DNA of 64,000 nt from Candidatus Dormiibacterota bacterium (GTDB taxonomy: Bacteria > Chloroflexota > Dormibacteria > Aeolococcales > Aeolococcaceae): assembly GCA_963697085.1 (NCBI GenBank), contig CAVOMR010000002.1, forward strand, positions 464,442 through 528,441, in the 5' to 3' direction. Below are positions 38,301 to 45,203 of this stretch, piece after piece. Position 1 is the first letter of the stretch, and every line of letters starts with the position of its first letter. The notes below the pieces were generated by a model. That model did not search any database, was not told the origin of the DNA, and saw only the letters and a program-made list of their open reading frames with translations. The position numbers and the translations under genes are program-made.

Positions 38301-38634
38301 CGCGACTGAGCCGGCGCCACATGACGCGGAACCGGACGACCATTCCGCCGCGGATCAGAGCTTCTTCCAGCGCGACGAGCCGGTCGGTTCACAGTTCGTC
38401 GACTTCGACGAGGTTCGCAAGGAACTGGTGCAGATCGGCGTCGTGTGGCTGGGTGAGCGCAACGCCATCCCGGTGACCGCGCTCCTCGTGAAGACACGTT
38501 CCACCATCGACGACTTCGTCGCGACCATCGACACGATCCGAGGCCTGCACGTGGACGGACAGGACCCCGCATCGATTCAGGCGATGGCGCGCGAGATGCA
38601 CCAGCAGGCTGCAGAGCGGCTCTGCGGAGCATGA
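35311..38634 (+). CDS. Giant acidic protein (1107 aa): N-terminal about 330 aa with 2-3 DUF4388-like repeats, about 650-aa Ala/Glu/Pro/Asp-rich disordered region with tandem repeats, conserved about 100-aa C-terminal domain
   Basis: N: LSGAFDISWDGAKATLYLVFGRPSHAVFDTDQAQIEGEAAIDALLAELPRTFVVSDW; GGDIIDAVWIDDEDQARGEAAGMAILGASKGTLAGYALDD; GLDRVLVIDAPVRGIALFSRGGLVAVYSE; middle: TEPESATTEPESATTEPESATTEP, AAAEHEPAAEADHDVAAAEHEPAAEADH; C: FVDFDEVRKELVQIGVVWLGERNAIPVTALLVKTRSTIDDFVATIDTIRGLHVDGQD; likely start MATAAPHVKLL (about 35350). Confidence 0.7.
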   Translation: MMTSAGTSVEYPHMATAAPHVKLLRQLASAKDDYLSGAFDISWDGAKATLYLVFGRPSHAVFDTDQAQIEGEAAIDALLAELPRTFVVSDWRRAMSPQETLSISIDELAGPFVRLAGSYADDPVSDENPEWWSSDDSSPDLAFGLADFPLLPGGRPLWAETSPENVNLAERLAELPPSILILTGAKLRAAAVVSGGDIIDAVWIDDEDQARGEAAGMAILGASKGTLAGYALDDPRVAEALTMLWRLPRAVDGIEMAWLDPASMLAAFRADGLDRVLVIDAPVRGIALFSRGGLVAVYSETQRSAVASPERLRSLLSQARGRLTVMERKPRPVAAGAAHTIPSAVDFFSVVAEPEPEAEAASAAEPEAASEHAAPAVADATAVPAVADEVATAVAEPESAEATVSEPAGRTGPAQGSVAEEAAETEPGAEAPAQAFAAAEPAAGTTDTEPESATTEPESATTEPESATTEPAVEHATEAVATGPESEADALPPPPPGDAGVAAAEHAPPPPAPEGVAEPARKAKRHWWAFGTRRKSSTQAPSEADRAAAEAAAAREAAEAASSAGWGIRQLDAGAPPPWTRPRDYVLGDTETADDGTEAPPPAPEAAAEETATQEPASTWSVIEPGATHTHWPVSATTEASGDAQQTEPAAASPADEVSAPPATEPAEGEAAPSGEPDESDAASTGEPAAAAGAPEVEAVAAHAEDTGSTEPASVAAPAWSAREVIADSVSWYQPPQHPDASSEAPADAAQDAAEDSGAGDAVAGVDHELPAPGDDEQETLAAAEHEPAAEDDQKAPAEADHDVAAAEHEPAAEADHDVAAAEHEPAAEADHEASTEADHDVAAESADIPAAEASPDTTGEQHEHDEGEEEIEPVADAHPETDTARDFWAEFATPDHDASAEDQEQEPEPLAVTETTAGTDEHIEDESEAAVEPDSEAEHAPVAADDAEPLKRKSSGRTFAPWNWPLAEAETPVAPASVGRPAPVVDEEPALVTAEAATEPAPHDAEPDDHSAADQSFFQRDEPVGSQFVDFDEVRKELVQIGVVWLGERNAIPVTALLVKTRSTIDDFVATIDTIRGLHVDGQDPASIQAMAREMHQQAAERLCGA
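36652..36723 (+). repeat. Coding tandem repeat, 3.4 x 21 nt (accgagccggaatctgcgacg = TEPESAT) inside the giant acidic protein gene
   Basis: Read directly: ...gacaccgagccggaatctgcgacgaccgagccggaatctgcgacgaccgagccggaatctgcgacgaccgagccggcc. Confidence 0.9.
37661..37848 (+). repeat. Coding tandem repeat, about 4 x 45 nt (gccgagcacgaacccgctgccgaagccgaccacgacgtcgccgcg = AEHEPAAEADHDVAA) inside the giant acidic protein gene
   Basis: Protein shows AAAEHEPAAEDDQKAPAEADHDVAAAEHEPAAEADHDVAAAEHEPAAEADHEASTEADHDVAAE; nucleotide repeats visible at 37661-37848. Confidence 0.85.
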
Positions 38635-38638
38635 TCCG

Positions 38639-39082
38639 GTGAGCAGCCAGGTGGTGAGCTGGATCCAGGATCACTCGGTGCTGATCCTGGCGGCGCTCGC
38701 CGTGGTCGAGGGGATCATCTGTGCCTCGCTGCTCCGCATGGCCCGGCACGCGCGCCACGAGATGAAGGCCGCCCAGGCCGCCGCCATCGAGGCGGCACGA
38801 GCCGCGGCGCTCGCGGCTCCCGGGGCCATCGACCCCGAAGCGGTGCTCGCGCTGCTGCGGCAGGGGCATGCCCCGACGCTCGACAATGTGTACGCGATGA
38901 TGCGCCGGCGCGAGGCCGAGTCCGAGGCGGCGGTGCCGGCGCCCGTGGCGAAGCCAACCGGATCCGGGAAGGCACAGTCAGGGGGCCGGGGAGCTCAGGC
39001 CGTGGCACCGGCGACGGCGCCCGCGAGCACATCGCTGACCAGTTCCGAAGTCGAGGAGCGCCTGCGCCAGTACGAGCGCTGA
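38639..39082 (+). CDS. Small single-pass membrane protein with Ala-rich helical cytoplasmic part
   Basis: VSSQVVSWIQDHSVLILAALAVVEGIICASLL (TM) then ARHEMKAAQAAAIEAARAAALAAPG...; GTG start 5 nt after the giant-gene stop. Confidence 0.5.
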   Translation: MSSQVVSWIQDHSVLILAALAVVEGIICASLLRMARHARHEMKAAQAAAIEAARAAALAAPGAIDPEAVLALLRQGHAPTLDNVYAMMRRREAESEAAVPAPVAKPTGSGKAQSGGRGAQAVAPATAPASTSLTSSEVEERLRQYER

Positions 39083-39090
39083 CGGCCGGG

Positions 39091-39756
39091 CTACCTCGGG
39101 TGCTTTCTCCGCTCGAGCGAAGCGGGGCGACCCCGGCCACAGGCCTCGGCAGCGGCAAGGAACGCCATGGCGACAGCATCCTCGCGCAGACGCGCGATCG
39201 CATCCTCTGTTCTGTGGAGGACGGCGACGCTGTTTCGAATCGTCCACCCGGAGCGTCCGGACATGGTGGGCGGCAGGAGCGCCTCGCCCGGGGAACGGAC
39301 CGACCAGCTCCTGGGCTGCGCCGACGTCGAGGTCGATTCGCCGCGTGAGGAATACGGTCGCGACGCCTCGGCGGAGGCACCCGGGCGCTGCACCTCCTCG
39401 AAGACGTTGTCGGCCTCGGGGATCGCGATGATCGGCCAGCTGACCTCCGCCACCTCGGGCGCGATCTCGGTGTGCGCGACGCCCGCGAGGGCGAACAGTG
39501 CCGCGGCGAGGTCTTCGCCCGAATCGAAGGCGCTCCCCTCTCCGAACCACTCGTCGTCCGGAACCTGGGCCACCCCATTGCCGGCCACGGTCACGGTACT
39601 CATCACAGCCACCTGATCGTACCTGTCGGAGTTAACAACTCGTGGATGTCTCGAACGCTCGCGGAATCGAAGCTGTATCGAACCGGTTGCTCCCGTCAGA
39701 TCGTCAAGCGCCACCGGCCACAATCGGCGCGGAACCGCTATCTGACCGAATTCCAA
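39091..39756 (-). CDS. Hypothetical protein (acidic, no recognised domain)
   Basis: 221-aa minus-strand ORF between two plus-strand genes; high-GC codon usage plausible, but function and reality uncertain. Confidence 0.3.
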   Translation of the reverse strand: MEFGQIAVPRRLWPVALDDLTGATGSIQLRFRERSRHPRVVNSDRYDQVAVMSTVTVAGNGVAQVPDDEWFGEGSAFDSGEDLAAALFALAGVAHTEIAPEVAEVSWPIIAIPEADNVFEEVQRPGASAEASRPYSSRGESTSTSAQPRSWSVRSPGEALLPPTMSGRSGWTIRNSVAVLHRTEDAIARLREDAVAMAFLAAAEACGRGRPASLERRKHPR

Positions 39757-39769
39757 GGAGCACCCTCAC

Positions 39770-40939
39770 GTGAGCATGGCAGCCGTCCCGCACAAGCTCG
39801 ACAGCCGGTATCTCGAGGCTCTCGGCCCACTGCGCCCGCTGGTCGATGACGACAGCCTCACCGAGATCATGGTCAACGGACCGGAGATGGTCTACGTCGA
39901 GCGCAAGGGCAAGATCCTTCTCACCGACATCCGTTTCGACGACGAGGCTCACCTCATGCGGGTGATCGACACGATCGGCGCCGCCGTCGGCCGCCGCATC
40001 GACTCCCGCACGCCGCTCATGGATGCGCGCCTCCTTGACGGATCCCGCGTGAACGCGGCAATTCCGCCGGTCGCACTCGACGGTCCCATCCTCACCATTC
40101 GTAAGTTCAGCAAGGATCCATACCAGGTCTCCGACCTGATCGGATTCGGCACACTGACGCAGGAAGCCGCGGCCTTCATCCAGGCATGCGTGCTCGCCCG
40201 CGCGAACATCCTCGTGTCGGGTGGAACCGGCACCGGTAAGACAACGCTCCTCAACGTCTGCTCGGGATTCATTCCCATCGATGAGCGCATCGTGACCATC
40301 GAAGACGCAGCCGAGCTCCAGCTGCACCAGGAACACGTCTGCCGTCTTGAGTCACGTCCCCCGGACGTCAACGGCGAAGGACGCATCGCGATCCGCGAGC
40401 TCGTCATCAACTCCCTGCGCATGCGGCCTGACCGCATCGTTGTTGGAGAGTGCCGTGGCGGTGAAGCCCTCGACATGCTCCAGGCGATGAACACCGGCCA
40501 CGACGGGTCGCTCACCACGATCCATGCGAACAGCCCACGCGAGACCCTGTCGAGGCTCGAGACACTGGTCCTCATGGCCGGACTCGACTTGCCCCTCAAG
40601 GCAATTCGCCAGCAGATCGCCGGCGCGATCAACCTGATCATCCAGCTGAACCGTCTCAAGGACGGATCGCGCAAGGTCGTCTCCATCACCGAGGTCATCG
40701 GCATGGAGGGCGAGATGATCACCGTGCAGGAGATCTTCAAGTTCGAGTCCCGCGGCGCGGATCCGTCGACCGGAAAGATCATCGGCGACTTCGAGCCGAC
40801 GGGCATCCGGCCGCGCATCATCGACAGGCTGTTCGACATGGGCATCCCGTTGCCGCCGCGCCTCGCGCAGATCTTCCCGGACCGCCGCCAGGTCGGTGTC
40901 GCCACCGAGAAGAACGGCCACCTCAGCGGAGTCGCGTAG
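39770..40939 (+). CDS. CpaF/TadA/VirB11-family secretion ATPase, compact form (389 aa, lacks the long N-terminal domain)
   Basis: LVSGGTGTGKTTLLNVCSGFIPIDERIVTIEDAAELQLHQEHVCRLESRPPDVNGEGRIAIRELVINSLRMRPDRIVVGECRGGEALDMLQAMNTGHDGSLTTIHANSPRETLSRLETLVLMAG; Walker A, Asp box, Walker B, His box. Confidence 0.88.
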   Translation: MSMAAVPHKLDSRYLEALGPLRPLVDDDSLTEIMVNGPEMVYVERKGKILLTDIRFDDEAHLMRVIDTIGAAVGRRIDSRTPLMDARLLDGSRVNAAIPPVALDGPILTIRKFSKDPYQVSDLIGFGTLTQEAAAFIQACVLARANILVSGGTGTGKTTLLNVCSGFIPIDERIVTIEDAAELQLHQEHVCRLESRPPDVNGEGRIAIRELVINSLRMRPDRIVVGECRGGEALDMLQAMNTGHDGSLTTIHANSPRETLSRLETLVLMAGLDLPLKAIRQQIAGAINLIIQLNRLKDGSRKVVSITEVIGMEGEMITVQEIFKFESRGADPSTGKIIGDFEPTGIRPRIIDRLFDMGIPLPPRLAQIFPDRRQVGVATEKNGHLSGVA

Positions 40940-40955
40940 CCACCTCCGACCGGGC

Positions 40956-41588
40956 ATGTCTCGGAAGGGTGCGCGCGATCGAGTGCTCGTGCCACGGCGT
41001 AGCGCACTCGTGCCGTGCCTCGCACTGCCGTTGCTCGCCGCGTGCGGCAGTGGCGCCACACCCACGGCGACGGTGACCGCGGCGCCGGTGAGCATCGCGT
41101 CGACGCCGACGCCGGCGCCGACCGCAACTCCGATCCCCGAACCGCCGATCGGTGACGCGTGCGTCGTCGGCACCTGGACCGTCACCACCGGAACGATCGT
41201 GGTCGCGTTCCAGACGCAGAAGGGCGCGGTCATCGCCGTCTCAGTCACGGGCGGAGCCGGCATGTTGGAGCATCTCTTCAGCAACGGGTCGCTCGTGGAA
41301 GAGCTGACCGGTACGCCGTTCACGGGCACCGCCAAGGGGTATCGCGTGGTCGTGCGTATGCGGGGCGAGATGCGCTCGCCGATCACCTTTCTGAGTGGGT
41401 CCGCGGCACTCGAGCCCATCGACCTGTCGCAGGCGCACGCGACCATCTCGGTCGACGGCGGGGAGACGAAGAATCTGCCGCTCGCGAACTACGAAATCCT
41501 CACGTACACGTGCACCGGAACGTCACTGACGGAGTCCGACGGCAACGGCAACAGCTATACGTACCAGCGGGTTTCGACGACTCCCTGA
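40956..41588 (+). CDS. Secreted lipoprotein, unknown function
   Basis: MSRKGARDRVLVPRRSALVPCLALPLLAACGSGATPTATVTAAP (signal peptide + lipobox LAAC) then Thr/Pro linker and a beta-rich domain. Confidence 0.6.
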   Translation: MSRKGARDRVLVPRRSALVPCLALPLLAACGSGATPTATVTAAPVSIASTPTPAPTATPIPEPPIGDACVVGTWTVTTGTIVVAFQTQKGAVIAVSVTGGAGMLEHLFSNGSLVEELTGTPFTGTAKGYRVVVRMRGEMRSPITFLSGSAALEPIDLSQAHATISVDGGETKNLPLANYEILTYTCTGTSLTESDGNGNSYTYQRVSTTP

Positions 41589-41657
41589 CCTGGTGGGACG
41601 GGTGCCACGTGGGCGCGCAGCGGACCCTCAAGCGCAGTCACAGCGTGCCGGTTGTCG

Positions 41658-41759
41658 TCAGGGAGGCGGTTCCACAACGGGAAGGCCGTCAGCCATGTGG
41701 ATGCGCCAGCCCTGCTCGTGCACCGCACGGTGGTGTCGCCGGCACAGCGAGACCAGGTT
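41658..41759 (-). pseudogene. 3'-terminal fragment of a REP13E12/DUF222-type HNH endonuclease gene (NLVSLCRRHHRAVHEQGWRIHMADGLPVVEPPP*)
   Basis: Minus-strand translation gives the canonical HNH tail (NLV-LC-RHH-VHE-GW); collinear with HNH pieces at 50252..50365 and 52191..53222. Confidence 0.75.
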
Positions 41760-41902
41760 GGTCGTCATCTACTGGCACTGACCGGCGGGCGCGGGGGATG
41801 TCATGTAGATAGCCCGCGTGCGCCTCTTCATAGGCAGCGGACGCGTTATCCCGGAACGCAGCTTCCGCGAACCAGACCGGCTCCACTTTAAGGGATGGTG
41901 CG

Positions 41903-43180
41903 ATGGAGCGAGACCAGATAGGTCGACATGAGCATATCGACACCGTCATAGCGCGTCAGGCGCGATGCAACACGGGCCTGCTTCCACATCGGCGCCATTT
42001 ACCGTTCCGGTGGCGACGGTCGCAGGTCACGTGGCCAGGCATCGCCACGCCACTGGTGGCAAGCCTCGTGCTGGCGGCCTGTGGCGCGAGCGCCACGTCA
42101 CCGGCCGCGGCGACCCCATCGGTCACGACCCCATCGGTCAACCCAACACCCTCAGCCGTTGCGCCCGCCGCAGAGCTGCAGCACCTCTGGATCGGCGCGC
42201 CACGCGTGGTCGCCCAGATCGGGACGGACCCGGTGCTCCCGGTGCTATCGATCGCCGGCAGCGCGATCTCGCTGAACATCGACCTCGGGCCGGTGGTCCT
42301 GGCATCGGACGCCGCAGCCAGCGGCCCGGGCACGCTGTCGCTCACGCTGCGCTCGCCCATGTACGGCTGCGCCACGGGCGCCGCAGGGACGTACGCGTGG
42401 TCCCTCGCGCCGGGCGGGGGCACCCTCACCTTGACCGCGAGCAACGATGCCTGCGCCGCGCGCGCGGCGGCCTTCGTCGGTACGTGGACCCGCTCGGATT
42501 GTCGCAACACCGCCGACGACTGCCTCGGGACGCTCCAGGCCGGGACACACGCGTCCACCTTCTTCGACGGACGCGACGCGTCGGCCGCCGTCCCCACCGA
42601 CGGGGCCTATGGCCAACTGCGATACACGGTGCCGGCCGGCTGGGCCAACAGCGAGGACTTCCCAATCGACTACGACCTCATGCCGGCGGCCGACTATGCC
42701 GGCGCGGCCGGCGTGACCGATGGCTCGGCCTACCACGGGATCTACATCTTCGCCCGGCCAGCGGCCCAAGCCGACAACGCGAGCTGTGCCAACCAGCTCG
42801 CGCCAGGCGTCGGCCAGACGCCGGCCGCCCTCGCCGCCTGGGTCGCCAACCGGCCCGGCGTTATCGCTACGAAGCCAACGGCCATCACGATCGGCGGCGA
42901 CCCGGGCTTCATGCTCGACCTCCACCTCGCGCCGAACCGCACGAAGCGGTGTCCCGGTGACAGCTTCCCCTCGCAAGGGCTCCTCGTCGACGCCGGTGGT
43001 GCGACCGACGGCTGGAACTGGGGCATCGGCGGCACCGAACAGCAGCGCCTCATCCTCTTGGCGATCGGCGGTGGCCACACCGTGGCCATCTTCGTCGACG
43101 ACAACTCCAGCCCGTCACGCTTTGGCGAACTCGTCGCCCAGGCGATGCCCATCATCACCACGTTCCAGTTCCCGCAATGA
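41903..43180 (+). CDS. Secreted lipoprotein, unknown function (Cys-containing extracytoplasmic domain)
   Basis: ...VTWPGIATPLVASLVLAACGASATSPAAATPSVTTPSVNPTPS (lipobox LAAC); real start probably the GTG near 42030; 425-aa track ORF. Confidence 0.6.
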   Translation: MERDQIGRHEHIDTVIARQARCNTGLLPHRRHLPFRWRRSQVTWPGIATPLVASLVLAACGASATSPAAATPSVTTPSVNPTPSAVAPAAELQHLWIGAPRVVAQIGTDPVLPVLSIAGSAISLNIDLGPVVLASDAAASGPGTLSLTLRSPMYGCATGAAGTYAWSLAPGGGTLTLTASNDACAARAAAFVGTWTRSDCRNTADDCLGTLQAGTHASTFFDGRDASAAVPTDGAYGQLRYTVPAGWANSEDFPIDYDLMPAADYAGAAGVTDGSAYHGIYIFARPAAQADNASCANQLAPGVGQTPAALAAWVANRPGVIATKPTAITIGGDPGFMLDLHLAPNRTKRCPGDSFPSQGLLVDAGGATDGWNWGIGGTEQQRLILLAIGGGHTVAIFVDDNSSPSRFGELVAQAMPIITTFQFPQ

Positions 43181-43323
43181 TCGACGGCCAGGGCGGCGGT
43201 GGACCGACGTTGGCCCCGCATCGGCGGCCGACGCCCAGGCCAGAGATCCGTCCGTCGATCCGCTCAGCCTTCCTTATTGCCGATGGGCGCAATGGCCGGA
43301 CGTGACGACGTGGGGAATATCCG

Positions 43324-43869
43324 GTGTGGGTCGGGATCATGATGCGGGCAGCAATGGCTGGCGAGCAGCGGGCGCTGAGAGACGAGGGAGACGCGAGTTT
43401 CGAAGCGTGTTTCACTGCCGAGGAGCACCGTCTTTTTGCGATCGCCATGTCGATCCTACGCGACCCGGCAGAGGCTCAGGACGCGACCCAGGAGACGGCA
43501 TTGATCGGATGGCGGCGGTGGAGTTCACTCCGGGATCCCGCGCGCTCAGGGGCGTGGCTGGCAAAGATCTGCGTGCACCACTGCGTGCGGCGCAAACGCT
43601 CGCTCGTCCGGTGGCTCAGTTTCGACCCATCCGTCCAGCAAGTTCGTGCGGAGGCAGATTTCCATATGCAGGATGGGGGGCGATTTGCCGATATGGACCG
43701 AGCCTACACACGGCTTTCGGCGCGCCAGCGCGCCGTCGTCAGCCTGCACTATCACCACGGCTACACGCTCGTCGAATGCGCGGATCTCATGGGGTGCAGC
43801 CCCGGATCCGTGTCGCAGCACCTCGCGAGAGCGCTCCGGTCGTTGCGAAGGGACCTCAGCGATGAATGA
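43324..43869 (+). CDS. ECF-type RNA polymerase sigma-70 factor
   Basis: Region 2: FEACFTAEEHRLFAIAMSILRDPAEAQDATQETALIGWRRW; region 4: LSARQRAVVSLHYHHGYTLVECADLMGCSPGSVSQHLARALRSLRRDL. Confidence 0.85.
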   Translation: MWVGIMMRAAMAGEQRALRDEGDASFEACFTAEEHRLFAIAMSILRDPAEAQDATQETALIGWRRWSSLRDPARSGAWLAKICVHHCVRRKRSLVRWLSFDPSVQQVRAEADFHMQDGGRFADMDRAYTRLSARQRAVVSLHYHHGYTLVECADLMGCSPGSVSQHLARALRSLRRDLSDE

Positions 43870-45002
43870 CAATCTTCAGAACTCGGCTCGACGCCTATCT
43901 CAACCGCTTCGAGACTTTTACGTCGCCACCGCTCGCCGTCAGGATCCCCGGGAGGCGCGCCAGACGACTGAACTTCCTGGCCGCCGCCGCTCTCGTTGCG
44001 GTCGTTGCCGTGGTTCTGGCCGCTCCAATCCTACTGTGGAGATTGGACGTCCGACACACGGCGCCAGCGGTGCCGCCGCTCCACCACAACGGGCAGATCG
44101 TGACGGGGCTCGGGAGCACCTTGGTCGCGTTGAACCTCGCCACCGGCGAGCAGCATGTGATCTTCTCCGACCCCGCGGGCGACGCAGTCCTCGATCCCGC
44201 GTACTCGCCGGATGGCACGAAGATCGCGTACCTCGAGGGTACCCTGCTCGACCACGGCATCGTGACAAACCCCACTTCGATTTGGGTCCTCGACACAACG
44301 ACCGGGCACACCCGGCTCCTCACGAGGTGTAGCGGGTGCGACATCTCCGACTACATCAGCTGGTCACCTGACGGTTCGCGTCTGGCCTTCTCTCAGGCTG
44401 ATCAGCGGGGAAGCCTGCAGCTCTATCTCATCGACGCCGACGGCAGCCACCTGACCCAGCTGACCCACTTCCCGGCTGCTCAGAACGCGGCGCAACCGAC
44501 GTGGTCCCCCGACGGCACGCGCCTTGCGTTCACTCTTTTCGGTATTGGAAACATCCCCAACCAGGGGGTGGTCTACACATCGGTCGACCTCGATGTCATC
44601 CGGGCCGATGGCACTGGGCTTGCCACGCTCCTCGCCAGTGGTCAGAACAGCAGCAACTTCACCATCTCCCAATACCTATTCCCGGCGTGGTCGCCAAACG
44701 GCTCTCGGATCGCGTACGTCCTCCTTGACCCGCCAGTGGCGGGCGGAGTCCCCCAGGCCCAGGTGTGGCTCATGAATCCCGACGGCTCGCATCGCACCGC
44801 GATCTTTTGGCAGAACGGCTGCTGCAGCGGCCTGGTGTGGTCACCCGATGGGACGCGGATGGTTGCCGCGACATTTGGTGGCGCTGGTTCTGGCGCGAAC
44901 CAGTCCGGGCTCTGGGTGATGAACGCCGACGGGTTTGCGGAAAAGGACACGAGCGAGATCAGCGACTACCTCGGCCGCCCGGCCTGGCAGCCAGTGCCGT
45001 GA
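43866..45002 (+). CDS. Membrane-anchored TolB-like beta-propeller (PD40 repeats) protein; candidate anti-sigma factor for the upstream ECF sigma
   Basis: ATGA overlap with the sigma gene; N-terminal cytoplasmic segment, TM (LNFLAAAALVAVVAVVLAAPILLW), then repeated ...SPDGTKIAYL..., ...WSPDGSRLAFS..., ...WSPDGTRLAFT..., ...WSPNGSRIAYV..., ...WSPDGTRMVA... Confidence 0.75.
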   Translation: MTIFRTRLDAYLNRFETFTSPPLAVRIPGRRARRLNFLAAAALVAVVAVVLAAPILLWRLDVRHTAPAVPPLHHNGQIVTGLGSTLVALNLATGEQHVIFSDPAGDAVLDPAYSPDGTKIAYLEGTLLDHGIVTNPTSIWVLDTTTGHTRLLTRCSGCDISDYISWSPDGSRLAFSQADQRGSLQLYLIDADGSHLTQLTHFPAAQNAAQPTWSPDGTRLAFTLFGIGNIPNQGVVYTSVDLDVIRADGTGLATLLASGQNSSNFTISQYLFPAWSPNGSRIAYVLLDPPVAGGVPQAQVWLMNPDGSHRTAIFWQNGCCSGLVWSPDGTRMVAATFGGAGSGANQSGLWVMNADGFAEKDTSEISDYLGRPAWQPVP

Positions 45003-45203
45003 CAAACCGTCAGGGCTATCCCAGCGGCAGCACCAGGGGGAACTGGTGGGCGATGACGCCTCGACGGTATCGATCATTCACGAGTGATGGGACTTCGTTG
45101 GGCTCATGATGATGCGCGCCGACGGCTCCGACCGCATGGTGACCTGGCATCCCACGCCACACACAGACAGATCCACACGCGGCCGGGTCTGGGGTAGCGC
45201 CCC

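Noticed and set aside
39167-39616. 149-aa plus-strand ORF competing with the minus-strand hypothetical 39091..39756
   Set aside because: Ser/Ala/Thr-rich low-complexity translation with no motif. Neither ORF is convincing, and only the longer minus-strand one is listed, at low confidence.
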